Shown here: positions 51,400 through 64,000 of the stretch, one piece after another
How the letters are laid out: each line of letters starts with the position of its first letter
Numbering within the stretch: the stretch's first letter is position 1
Assembly: GCA_964016885.1 (NCBI GenBank)
Contig: OZ024741.1
Span: 320,664,001-320,728,000, forward strand
Length of the DNA stretch: 64,000 bases
Origin: Eledone cirrhosa
Lineage: Eukaryota
Direction of reading: 5' to 3'
Notes under the pieces: generated by a model
What the model was told of the DNA's origin: nothing
The model's input: only the letters and a program-made list of their open reading frames with translations
Database searches by the model: none
Translations under genes and position numbers: made by a program

Positions 51400-51723
51400 T
51401 ACATGAATGTATGCATAGAATATTTGACAATATACCGTATGTTTAATTTAAAACATTTTGAACATCTTACGCTATCGGTTTTAAAATAGTGACTATGACA
51501 CTTACTTCTTTTCGGCGAAAGAAGGCAGAGAAGCTAACAATCTGTTTCATGCTACGCTCTGATGATTGCCAAATAGCATGAAACTGACTGTTAGCTTCTC
51601 TGCCTTCTTTCGCCGAAAAGAAGTAAGTGACATAGTAACTACTTTAAAAATGTTAGCGTAAGGTCTTCAAAATATTTTTAATTAAACATACGGTATATTG
51701 CCAAATATACTATACATACATTC

Positions 51724-51728
<5 letters not shown>
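51400..51728. repeat. Foldback (about 150-bp arms) with a hammerhead at the centre
   Basis: Arms pair from ATGAATGTATG to TTTCATGCTA / TAGCATGAAA. Confidence 0.9.
51556..51595 (+). ncRNA. Minimal type I hammerhead
   Basis: GCT-CTGATGA-T TGC CAAATA GCA T-GAAA-C TGACT G-TT-AGC. Confidence 0.7.
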
Positions 51729-51820
<92 letters not shown>

Positions 51821-52024
51821 TAAATATATAGATATATACATGTATATATATTATATATATATGTATATATATATTTATATATATATATATACATACATAC
51901 ATACATGGTGGCTGCCAACTGGTTTTCGAGTACGGCCACTACTTTATATCCATGCGGGAGAACCCCTACCGATGCGCTGAACAAGTGTGACTTTTTAGTC
52001 CAGCCAGCGACTTGAAAACTCTGT

Positions 52025-52060
<36 letters not shown>

Positions 52061-52184
52061 TGAAGTTTCCGTTGAAAATTAAAAATGTCATAGGAGTGAA
52101 GAGCGCTCTATGTAGGTTACAGAGGTATATTTAATGTATAATAAACAATACAATATAATTACCTCATTACCAGGGTTGTTTTTT

Positions 52185-52262
52185 AATTGCCTTGTCTGAC
52201 GAACGAATGAGGACGTTTCTTGTATTCGTCTTATTCGGGAAACCTCTGGTAATGAGGTAATT
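52185..52262 (+). ncRNA. Type I hammerhead inside foldback 52132-52287
   Basis: AATTGCCTTGT-CTGACGA-A CGAATGAGGACG..CGTCTTATTCG G-GAAA-CC TCT GG-TA-ATGAGGTAATT; 11-bp stem I with G-U pairs. Confidence 0.82.
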
Positions 52263-52283
52263 ATATTGTATTGTTTATTATAC

Positions 52284-52361
<78 letters not shown>

Positions 52362-52399
52362 GTGCTGGGGCCATGGTACCATGTGACGACAAGTGCAGA

Positions 52400-53292
52400 G
52401 AGATCTCCAGATATAAAGCAATGCCTGTGCCGTGAAGCTTTTATAGTGAGCAAAGGCACTGCACAAAACCAGTCCCACTCTATTAACCAATATGATATTT
52501 ACTAAAAAGAAGGACAAGTCAACATCATTGGATACCATCAGGGTTGCAGGTGTTACATCAGAGTTTTCCTTCTCCTAGAATTCTGCCTTGACAAAGGCTA
52601 AGGGGTCATCTCTCCCGGTGATTTTGGATGGCCATTGACTCTTAAGAGCTCCTTTTCCCCTTGAGAGCTTTTGTTTTTAGTCCTGCAGGATGTCCAAAGT
52701 CACCCTCCCCACTTGGTGGAGTTGCCAGTTTAATCGCCAACGACCCGACCATGAGACAGGTTGTACTGGGATACATGTTACCAGTAGCACCAACTGGTGA
52801 CCTGACAGACATACATAATGACTGCTCCCTCGTTATCGAGTATGGCCATTGCACGAAATACCCTTATTAATTGCACGAAATACCCTTATTAATAATTATT
52901 AATTCTATCGTGCAATGCCTGTGTGTGAAGATATTTTTTAAAGTGAGGAAACCCTGTGCACTGAGCCAATCCCACTCTCTGAGCAACAGTGGCTATTACC
53001 CGAAAAGAAGAAAAGATCAACATCATCGGTAACTACTGAGCCGCAGGTTTATATCTGAGTTATCCCAGTTTCCTGAGTTGCCTTCTCCCAGAAGAATGAC
53101 CTGACAAAGTCTAGGGGTCCTTCACTCCCAATGGTTTAACCGCGCGATCGGGTGTCCAGCCCGACTATTTCTATGTCCCCGCGCATTTACATACACAAGC
53201 ACACATGCATATACACATACACATATATGCACAGATGTATATACACATATACATATACACATATACACATATGTATATATACATATGCATAT

Positions 53293-53363
<71 letters not shown>

Positions 53364-53851
53364 TACATATACACATATGTATATACACATATGCATATAC
53401 ACATATACAATTATGCACATGTGTATATACATATTTACACAGTTTTGGATGGCCGTTGACTCTTATGAGTTCTTCCGCCCTTTGTCAGGTTTTGTTTTTT
53501 GTCCTGCAGGGTGTCCAAAATCACCCTCCTCACCAAGTAAACTTGGTGGGATTGCCGGTTTAGTCGCCGACGACCCGACAATGCGACAGGTTACATGTTA
53601 CCAGTAGCACTTAAGAGTGATCCGACATACATACATACATACATACATACATACATACATACATACATACATACATACATACATACATGATGGCTGCCCC
53701 ACCGTTATAGAGTATGGCCATTGCACGATATACCATTATTAATAATTATTAATCAATTCTATCGTGCAATGCCTGTGCATGAAGATATTTTTTAAAGTGA
53801 GAAAAGACTGTGCACTGAGCCAATCCCACTCTCTGAGCGATAGTAGCTATA
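52400..53851 (-). mobile_element. Head-to-tail array of three R1-type RTE-derived units with (ATGT)n tails
   Basis: Heads at 53440-53625 and 52622-52809; tails at 53690-53851 and 52810-53150; CTAGGAGAAGGAAAACTCTGA at about 52558-52578 (minus). Confidence 0.7.
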
Positions 53852-53865
53852 ACATACATACATAC

Positions 53866-53928
<63 letters not shown>

Positions 53929-54177
53929 AGATGTGAGGATACCAGATGTGAGAAAAACCACAGACCCTCCATCTCAACTCTACTTTTGAAAATCAGAAGA
54001 ACTGCGAAACCGGTAAAGGAACCGAATAAATATATATATATTTTTTTTAAATAAGACTCCAGTTGCATTTTCGATTTCTTCTTTCGATTTCTTCTTTATA
54101 CTTTCACTCGTGTAGGACACCTCGGTTATTTTTCATTTTGTAAAAAAAAACCTCACTTTCCAATATATATATATATA

Positions 54178-54704
54178 AAGTAAAGCAACGGAGTAAAGGA
54201 CTCGCGTTTAATCCTGTAATCTAATGAGCTCAAAGGAACAAGTTTTCCCGGGTACTTTAAAATACAATAAACAGAGGAAAAACACGGGAGAGTGTGTTTT
54301 CATTTACAGGATTTATAAACGTGAAGGAAATATAATCTAAGAGAAGTGTAGGAAATACATTATAAATAAAAGGATACATTAAAATGAAAAACCCACCTCG
54401 TAACTAAATCCCATATGTACAGACTCATTAGGAGAGTGTTTCACCATGAAATTAGTGGAGTCGAAATTCAGCCTTGTGGATCATCAGTATGTGCCCAGGT
54501 CGATTTTGTCCTCACTACTAAGGAGACCTAAAGTAACTGACCTGTAGCACGTGTAAATAGAAGGAGAATGCGTGCGTGAGGCAGTGACTAGTGGTATGAA
54601 TGGAACAAGAAGCCGCTAGAAATGGCAGCTGATAACCATTCAATTTATAGGCTCGCCAATCCTGTAAATGAAAACACACTCTCCTGTGTTTTTCCTTTAT
54701 ATAT

Positions 54705-54709
<5 letters not shown>
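54178..54709 (-). mobile_element. Foldback mini-element (arms 54262-54312 / 54658-54709) with a hammerhead-like motif at 54413-54493
   Basis: Minus strand CTGATGA-TCCA..TGGT-GAAA-CACTC..GAGTCTG-TA; weak stem I. Confidence 0.6.
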
Positions 54710-54767
<58 letters not shown>

Positions 54768-54770
<3 letters not shown>

Positions 54771-54900
54771 TGTATGTATAGTATATTTGGTAATATACCG
54801 TATGTTTAATTAAAAACATTTTGAAGACCTTGCGCTATCATTTTAAAGTAATGACTATGTCACTTATTTCTTTTTTCGGCAAAGGAAGGGAGAGAAGCTA
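54768..54900 (-). mobile_element. Solo arm of the 51400-51728 family, between (TA)n tracts
   Basis: Reverse complement aligns with 51592-51722. Confidence 0.85.
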
Positions 54901-55019
54901 TATATATATATATATATAATTTATATATATTATATATATATAACAAAGGAATTGTGGTAAGGAACCAGATAGACCATAACGCACCAGAGTACTCAATACT
55001 TAGGGTAGTAGAGTGGGAA

Positions 55020-55141
55020 ATAGGAAAAAGTATGACCCCGACGGCAGAGCTCAAGCCGTTTCGACAGCTATTTCTGAACTGAGTCCAGAAATAGCCGTAG
55101 AAACGACTCGAGCTCTGCCGTCGGGGTCATACTTTTTCCTA
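55020..55141. repeat. GC-rich foldback (about 56-bp arms, 9-nt loop)
   Basis: ATAGGAAAAAGTATGACCCCGACGGCAGAGCTC ... GAGCTCTGCCGTCGGGGTCATACTTTTTCCTAT. Confidence 0.9.
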
Positions 55142-55392
55142 TATATATATATATATAGCACCACTGACGATGTTGCAGATGTACAACGAAAGAACTTTGA
55201 TAGACTATATGTATGTGTTTGTGTCTATATTGTATCTGTATTTTTGACCGATGGTCAGTCAATGGCAACATTGAGGACCGAATAAATTAAATTAACCGAT
55301 ATAAAAGGCACAGAAGCGAAAACCAACCAAACAGTGAGTGTGTTCTGTTATTAATTCTGGCAATACTATTACACAAATATGACCCTATCCAA

Positions 55393-55486
<94 letters not shown>

Positions 55487-55716
55487 TTTATATATCGTAT
55501 ATATGTATTTCCCCAAGACAGCTGACTGAAGAAAGCCATACATTTTTACACCATAATTCTTTTCCGGTACTTCCTCTTCACACTCTCTTTTATCTTTCAT
55601 ATTTCTTTTATTTCTCATTATATCTTCCGGCTTAAAACTACATCAAGCGTGAAACGTATATATAAATAACTTCACTGTACTGTATTGTATGTTTCCTTGT
55701 TTTCCGTTTAATTTTT

Positions 55717-55763
<47 letters not shown>

Positions 55764-55937
55764 TGGGAAGAGATATATTTGATATATCTCATATGAAATA
55801 ATACACCCAATTTTCCATACAATACAATTAGTTAGCACCCCGAACGTTTAATTAGGAATATACTCACTTATTTCCTAATGTTTGTAGAGTGAGTTGGGAT
55901 TTGGCCGGAGTATCGGTATTAGCTTTCTCCGATAATG

Positions 55938-55984
<47 letters not shown>

Positions 55985-56109
55985 TCCGGCTCTGTAAAAC
56001 ATCTGATGTATTTACATTGAGCTATTTTTCTTACTGGTAATAAGGTGGTAATGAATTACTGACCTTTCCTGTTTATAATTATATATAGTGAATATATAAG
56101 TATAATTAT

Positions 56110-56230
<121 letters not shown>

Positions 56231-56702
56231 TCTTTTAAATTGTGAATTAGACTGGTTATCTACGCACGTGGCTGATACATTTCAGCTCGCTACTATATTG
56301 TTATATAATGGATGATCTCATTTAAAGTTCGTTAAAGGTTCTTGGCACTACCATTGTTACCATCGCTTTCCTCTAGCTATGGAGCTTGGAGACATGAACC
56401 GAATGCTACCATTCTATTTTATATCAATGTGAACTGCTATTTCTAATAGCCATCTTTTCACTCCTTGACAATTTGTGTGTGAGACACGTTGGCTGAGTGC
56501 TTCTGACAGGAACTAAAAGATTGATTCTTTTTAGCTTCCCGTCCCCATGTAAAATTTGTAAATCAGTGGCTAGTTGAGAGATAGAGTCCTATCGGTTGCC
56601 AGTTGCTAATCGCTTTATCGTGTCGGTTGTCACAAACAGTCATGACCGGCACGGGCCGGTGTTTGGATTCTGTCGATCGATTGGTTATTGATTAGGCGAT
56701 AC

Positions 56703-56810
56703 CCGCTGATGAAGCCGCATAAGACGATTGTGCATTGTTGCAAAATATATGCAGACAGATGGTGCAGTGCGCCTTACTGCTGCATTAGTGCGGCAGAAAC
56801 TCGAGTCCGG
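56703..56810 (+). ncRNA. Type I hammerhead with expanded stem II and palindromic stem III
   Basis: CCG-CTGATGA-A GCCGCAT..GTGCGGC A-GAAA-CTCGAG-TC-CGG. Confidence 0.8.
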
Positions 56811-56951
56811 AAACCTTATAGGCACCCGTTTTACGTGTGTTGTGTTGAGGCAAGATGTGTATACTCTGGTAATGTATCTTACATTGCCCATTGAGTGCGC
56901 TGAGATACAACCGGTACTGGCATTGATAAATAGGCTGGGCCCGTCAACCCT

Positions 56952-57058
<107 letters not shown>

Positions 57059-57532
57059 TATATATTATATTATATTTAGAGTCATTTACAATTAATTAGC
57101 TCAAAGAAAGAAGCATTTCTGAGCCGTGAAATACAAGTTGATATAAATTAATATATGAAAAACACGTAAGTGTTTGCATTGCAAAAGACTAAGTTAGCTA
57201 GAATGAAATAAACTAATTAGAATAAATATAGTTTGTCCGTCTCGATATAAATCGATAAAAACAAGCTCATATTGGCAAAAGCCGTGATTCCTGGACAAAT
57301 TTAGATTTCAAAATTCAAACCTGCTCCGTAGATGAATTTGAACTTCAAAATCCAAATATGTTTCGTAACGGTGGTATAAAAAGTGAAATATTCAAATCTT
57401 CTGTGCTTATCAACAGGAATCCAGAAAAATTAGTACATTTCACCTCCAAAAGTTTTGCAGGACTGGTTCACAAGTACAAACGCACGAGGTACACCGGTTC
57501 TCTAGCCATCCCATACTCACAGTGCTAGAAAT

Positions 57533-57586
<54 letters not shown>

Positions 57587-57660
57587 GAGAGAGAGCGATA
57601 CATGTGTATACATATATATATATATATATATATACATGCGCTGGGGGCAATGTTTGTCGG

Positions 57661-57730
57661 TACTCTTTTACTCTTTTCTCTTTTACCTGTTCCAGCCATC
57701 CGGCAGAGGCCATGCTGGGGCACCACCCAT
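57661..57730 (-). mobile_element. 3' tail fragment of a second SINE family
   Basis: (TACTCTTT)n tail followed by CCATGCTGGGGCACCACC; recognised from memory of octopus repeats, single copy here. Confidence 0.5.
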
Positions 57731-58139
57731 GTTGCTACACATTCTATTGTGGGAATTATAAAGACAATCCTATACAATGACCATTGATTTCATCCTCATC
57801 TCGGAATCTTCGAACTGATAAGTAGTGAAGAAACGTAGGTAATATATAAGGTTTCAACATTGTGTGAGCTTTTTGAGATGGATAAAGGGTTATAGACTAG
57901 TATATACTTTGATTTGTTTTCGTTTAAGTTATTCGTTGTTTATTGTGAGTTTATTAAATGTGAGAGTGGCTACGTATAAGTCGCTGAATATTTTAGTGTA
58001 TGATGAATAGAGAAAAAGGGGGGAAAGTGGTAGATGTGATTTACGAAAAAATAGAATAGTTTGGTCACTGTTAAGAACAGACTCATCCAATACGTTCAAT
58101 GTTTACTCTACAAACAAATATATTGATTTCTATCACGCT

Positions 58140-58218
<79 letters not shown>

Positions 58219-58227
58219 ACACACACC

Positions 58228-58273
<46 letters not shown>

Positions 58274-58393
58274 TGCCACTCGCGGGAGTGTGTGTATGTG
58301 TTTGTATGTATGCATGTGTGTAAACATACACGCACGCACATATATATACATATGTGTGTGTGTGCAACTGTGTGTGTATATACATATATATAT

Positions 58394-58485
<92 letters not shown>

Positions 58486-59041
58486 ATATATATGATTGTA
58501 TCTGTGTAAGTATGTTTTTATATATGTATATTGGTATATATGTATATATGTAAATATTTATGTATGTTTATATATATATATATGTTTGTTTGAATGTATG
58601 TTTGTTTCTATGTAAATATGTATATATGTATGTATATATATACGTATATATAAATGTATATATATACGTATCTGTGTATGGATATATATGTATGTATGTA
58701 TATATATGTTTGTATGTATGTTCGTATGTATGTATCTATGAATGTATGCATGTATGTTTGTATTTATGTATGTTGGTATTCATATATATATGCATGTATG
58801 TATGTATGTATGTATGTATGTATGTATGTATGTATGTATGTATGTTTGTATGTATGTTTGTATTTGTGCATATATGTATGTATTTATTTATGTTATCAAA
58901 TGCTACAGTATGTCAAGTTAAGAGAACAAGAGAATTCAGTTCATGACATATAGTACAATCTTTATTTGAACATAATTATTTTTGTCGCGACTCAATCTTC
59001 ACGTCGCTACATGCCTCAGGTGGCATGTGTGTAGGGAGGGG

Positions 59042-59140
<99 letters not shown>

Positions 59141-59333
59141 TGTGTGTGTGTGTAGATATATATATATATGTATGTAAAAGGTAAACATTGATGGCCTTTC
59201 TTTTCTTTCGCAGCAACGTATGCAGAAAGGAATCTAAGTCCTTCGAGGGATAATAATCTATGTTCGTGCCACCTACGTATGAGAAAACTGTCAAGCGATG
59301 GCAATTCTATAAACTGCGATGCAGCCATTATTT

Positions 59334-59516
59334 TGGCAGTATCGGTAGAGGGTCGGACGCTATGCTTTGCAGCAAAGAGCTGCGGCTCTTTATGGTCTGA
59401 GTTCAAATCTCACCGTGGTTAACTTTGCCTTTCATCCTTACGGGGTCGATAAAATAAAGTACCAGTAATGTACTGGAATAATTACTGGCCTTGTGCCAAA
59501 AGTAGAAACAATTATT
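59334..59516 (+). mobile_element. SINE S1
   Basis: A/B boxes, core, tail. Confidence 0.88.
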
Positions 59517-59549
59517 TATATATATACACACATATCTATCTATCTATTT

Positions 59550-62152
59550 AAAGCTGTTAGCTGGGCCCGAGTGGCAGAGGCGAAAAGTGGCAACAAATCC
59601 ACAATTCGGTCTTTGCAAGACAAAGATGGACGCATTATACTTGAATCCAAGCAGATGTGCGCGGCCTTCCAGCAGCACTTTGCACAACCGTTCGGGCAAA
59701 GCGGTACATCGAGCGAGGTGATGGACTTCAGCTCCTACCTCGACGGCGTACCGCGACTCTCGAGCACGGATGCGGAGAGCTGCGAAAGGCCTATCACAGC
59801 AGGCGAAATAGAAGATGCCCTAGGCCACTGCGGGAAACGCAAATCACGCGGTTTAGATGGTCTACACTATGAGTTTTACATAGGCATGCCAGGCTTGTTC
59901 TCTGGCGTCCTCGAAGCGGTCTACTGCAACTGGCAGCAGAGCGGGAGGATTCCCAGTTCTGTAGGCAGAGGCGTAGTAACGCTGATCAGGAAAGCTGAGA
60001 ACAATGGGGATGAGATAAGCAATTTCAGGCCCATAACTCTGCTCAACACATAGTTAAAGATTTTGGCCAAGGTGTTAGCAGCAAGGCTGGCGCTTGTCGT
60101 CGAGAACCTGGTAGGGGAAGCCCAAACGCGTGCAACCCCAACCAGGTCCATACACGACAACCTCCACCTCATGCGATACGTCATGGAGAGGGTAGGGTCT
60201 AAACCTGGCTTTGGTGGGGTACTGATCAATTTAGATCAGTCTAAGGCATTTGATAGGGTCGACCGTCAATACTTGGAAGCAGTTCTCAAGGCGGCCGGCT
60301 TCGGTCCCGTCTTCAGAGGCTGCATCGCTGCCATGCACACCAGTATCTGCTCGGCAGTCAAGGTGAATGGATACCTATCAGAGCCATTCCAAATCATGCG
60401 TTCCATCCGTCAGGGATGCCCTCTCTCCTCCATTCTGTATGTACTGACTCTCGAGCCATTACTGCGGAAGTTGGAGCTGTTGCAGGGCATCCTGATCGAA
60501 CCAGGACTGCGGAAAGCAGCGTCAGTCTATGCCAACGACATAACCGTAATGGTGTCGAAAACCTCGGAAATCAGGATAGTCGGCAACCTATTACAGGAAT
60601 ACAAAACCTTGACAGGAGCAAGACTAAACCCAAATAAGTCTGTCGGTTTCAACTCGGCACATGGAGAGGCAAACCCGTGCCTTCCGACAGTGTGGTTGGA
60701 CACTGATCGGAAGGACCGGTGAAATTGCTCGGAGTCTGGTTCGGTCCAGACCTCCAGGTGGACAAGAACTGGAACAAGGTCACGGCGAAGGTGTTTGCAC
60801 TCACCCAGAAGTGGGCTAAGTGCAAACTCTCCTTGAAAGGTCGACCGAAGGTGGCGAACACTTACATAGCGTCCGTCATCTACCACCGCTTGACAGTCGT
60901 GCCTTGCCCCCGCGAATACCTTACCAAAATGGAACGCCTACTCTTCAAGTTCCTCTGGAAGAAACAGGCTCAATTGGTGAGGAGATACATCTGCTGTCAA
61001 CACCCTTCTAACGGAGGGCTGGGCAGCCGGGGCTGATGATACGCAAACATGCGCTGAGGCTACGCCATCTCCAGGTATTCCTGACCGGTGAACCGGTGTG
61101 GCTGTCGTTTGTGAGACAAACTATTCCACAAATCGTCTCACTAACAGAGCTGCAGTCCTGGGTCAAGCGAAGACCGAATATGGGTGCCTGGCACCTCGAG
61201 TGCCTACAGGCGCTCACAGCCCTCTACCAAGCAGAAACGGCAATCAGCGGAGACTCTATAGGGTAATTAGTGGAGGATAAATGCGACGACGTTCTCGGGG
61301 AAACTCTAGGCATCGAGGAGGATGAACTGACCAGTCTGTTCGGGAGGACTTTCCGTCCAGGGCCTATGGATAACTTCTAGAGGTCTCTGGCCTGGCAGTG
61401 TTACCGAGGAGCTCGACCAGTTTGAGACAAAATCTACAGGCACGGACGCCCTGGCAGAGATCCTGCCAAAAGGACCTGTCAAAGATGCGAGCAGGACATC
61501 GAAACCGTTCTGCACGCAATTGTTCAGTGCCCAGGGGTGACTGACCTGTGGAATTATGTCGACGAACAGCTGCTGTCACGTGTGGGACGCATCCAGTTGT
61601 CAGCCGAGTCCCTCGTGAGGATCACCCCGCCGCCTTCATTTAAGAACGAAGGGAGGTGGCTTCCCTCTGCCTGGTGGCTATGACTAAAGAGGTAATATGG
61701 TGGACGAGGTTAAAAGGATTGAGGGCAAACACCTTTCTCTCCGGACATCAACTTATCCCCTTCTTTAAGAACCACTTCAGAAGGAAGGTGAGAGTGGAGA
61801 GAGAGGTGTCTACACCCCAGTAAATTCGCTGAAAGGTGGGTGAATGTGGCAAAAATGGCCCGAGTGAATGGGCCTTCTCTGTATATAAACTTGTAGGTTG
61901 AGGAAGATAAACAGAGGGAAGACAGGAACACCTACAAAACGTGTTCCTGGTGTTGAGGGTTGTTCTATCCACGGGGTGTAAAACAACCCCGCAGTAACGT
62001 TCCCCCTTATTGGGGATTTCAATTCTTATTTTATTATATATAGTTTATTGTTATTTATTAATGTTAAAGTTATATGATTGTTATGTAAAACCCCCGCCGT
62101 CACGTCTTGTAATGTCCCATTTTTGTACGCCCCTGTGGCAAATAAATAAAGA
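59550..62152 (+). mobile_element. Tx1-clade LINE, family B, 5'-truncated and decayed
   Basis: Fragments homologous to ORF2 from KAVSWARVAEA to ARVNGP; YAND in place of YADD; distinct 3' UTR with AATAAATAAAG. Confidence 0.9.
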
Positions 62153-62274
62153 TATCTATCTCTATATATATCTATATACATATACATATATATACATACA
62201 CATATATACATGTATATATATATATACACATAGATATATTTATATATATATATACACATATACATATGTATAGT

Positions 62275-62330
<56 letters not shown>

Positions 62331-62746
62331 GAGAGAGAGTGAGAGAGAGAGAGATGTGTGTGTGTGTGTGTCTTTGTTTAGTGAGAGTAAAAACATTTAT
62401 CATTTGTCAGAGAAACAAGAAGATAGTGTGGTAATTTGTAACTCGATGTTGACATGATATGAAACGACACATTTGCATATGTTGTGTTAGAATATTTGAT
62501 TTTTGAGCTGTAGCATGAGAAATAGCGGAATACCAATTCGGAAATAGAACAGCAAACAGTAAATAAAAAAAAATACACTTTACAGAATTCACTTGACATG
62601 TTTGAAAACGAACATGTTCTTATATCGACTGTCCTTCTAGAAATAGTTTTCCTGTGTTCAGAAACTTTCCATATCCACCAATAGACACTCATGTGTGTGT
62701 ATATATGTGCGTGCGGGTGTGTGCCTTCGTGTATATAAACATATAT

Positions 62747-62810
<64 letters not shown>

Positions 62811-62873
62811 ATATATATGTATATATATATGTACATACATACATACACATATACATTATATATATATAAATAA

Positions 62874-62927
<54 letters not shown>

Positions 62928-62932
<5 letters not shown>

Positions 62933-62982
62933 AGTATGTATGTATACCTACATACATATATGTATACCGACGTACAGTAGCA

Positions 62983-63028
<46 letters not shown>

Positions 63029-63442
63029 CAGGTACACATATATATATGTACGTATCAGTTTAGCGGACGTTTATTATAACGCCCGCTTTGTCCGTTTGTA
63101 AACAAACGGACAGCCTGATTTATGCCGTACGGTGTTAAGGCAACCACGTCACCTTTTTGTTCAACACTGACACAGGAACGATGTACTAGCTTCAAGCTTC
63201 TTAGCTATTATCAGCACCGTATACCCTTCTGCCAGATGGTTGAACGTTCGAAAGTATATACTTTCCTTATGGAAATTAACGGCTGAGCAGCCTAATTTGC
63301 ATATCGAGTGAGTTCAGTCGGCCAGGCGTACCGAAAACGTATGGCATAAATCAGACTGTCCGTTTGTTTACAAACGGACAAAGCGGGCGTTATAATAAAC
63401 ATCCGCTAAACTGATACGTACATATATATATATGTGTACCTG

Positions 63443-63473
<31 letters not shown>

Positions 63474-63530
63474 GCATGCTACTGTACGTCGGCATACATA
63501 TATGTATGTACGTATACATACATACTTACA
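62928..63530. repeat. Foldback with about 200-bp arms (62928-63131 / 63338-63530) and about 205-bp loop
   Basis: GTACGTATCAGTTTAGCGGA..TTATGCCGTACG versus CGTATGGCATAA..TCCGCTAAACTGATACGTAC. Confidence 0.9.
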
Positions 63531-63582
63531 TTTAAGTAAGTGCCGACTAAGAGTGAGAAATGAAATTTCGTTTCATTCTATT

Positions 63583-63636
<54 letters not shown>

Positions 63637-63637
<1 letters not shown>

Positions 63638-63825
63638 GCGGTGGATTGGCAGTATCGGTAGAGCGTCGGACGCCATGCTTTCCAGCATAGTTACGTCCCT
63701 TTACGATCTGAGTTCAAATCCCGCCGAGGTTGACTTTGCCTTTCATCCTTACGGGGTCGATAAAATAAAGTACCAGTAATGCACTGGGTAATTGCTGGCC
63801 TTGTGCCTAAAGTAGAAACAATTAT
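63637..63825 (+). mobile_element. SINE S1, full length
   Basis: GGCGGTGGATTGGCAGTATCGGTAGAGCGTCGGAC head, B box, core, tail. Confidence 0.9.
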
Positions 63826-64000
63826 ATGTATATTTAACAAAGGGTAATTTTAGTTAGTTGTTAAAATGATTATAACAGTTGTTAGATGTAATAACATGAT
63901 TATTAATTTAAATAACAAGGATAAATGATTTAGTTTATATATAAAGGTTCACTTCACTTGAGTCAAAAAGAAGAATAAACATGAATCAAAAAGAACAATA

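Noticed and set aside
52660-52810. Twister-like words (GCTACTG, TCCCA, CAACTCC, GGAGGG) in the R1 head
   Set aside because: Order is incompatible with known twister permutations
57800-57845. Weak hammerhead-like strings (here, and near 34583, 36957, 47850, 55650)
   Set aside because: Core incomplete and stems cannot be formed
63637-63730. tRNA gene
   Set aside because: A/B boxes belong to the SINE head; no complete cloverleaf, and followed by SINE core and tail

Overview
Eukaryotic, gene-poor, retroelement-saturated DNA. The SINE families and dense (TA)n/(TG)n/(TAA)n microsatellites suggest a cephalopod, probably Octopus (inference). No host protein-coding gene is supportable. The left half (1-34.2 kb) is a nest of non-LTR retrotransposons in (TAA)n/(TTA)n tracts. 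It holds Tx1-clade LINEs (APE-RT-zinc finger; one intact ORF2, one near full-length decayed copy, one ORF1 remnant) and two families of R4/Dong-like RT + restriction-like-endonuclease elements, one copy with a twin-priming-type 5' inversion. The right half (35-64 kb) is (TA)n-dominated. It holds two Penelope-like elements (RT + GIY-YIG), RTE-derived non-autonomous repeats, tRNA-derived SINEs and a 5'-truncated Tx1 of another family. The strongest non-obvious signal is a set of type I hammerhead ribozyme motifs (6 well-formed, about 9 partial or decayed). Many lie inside asymmetric foldback mini-elements inserted in (TA)n, and one solo copy starts at the predicted ribozyme cleavage site. All alignments and RNA folds were done by eye; boundaries are approximate.
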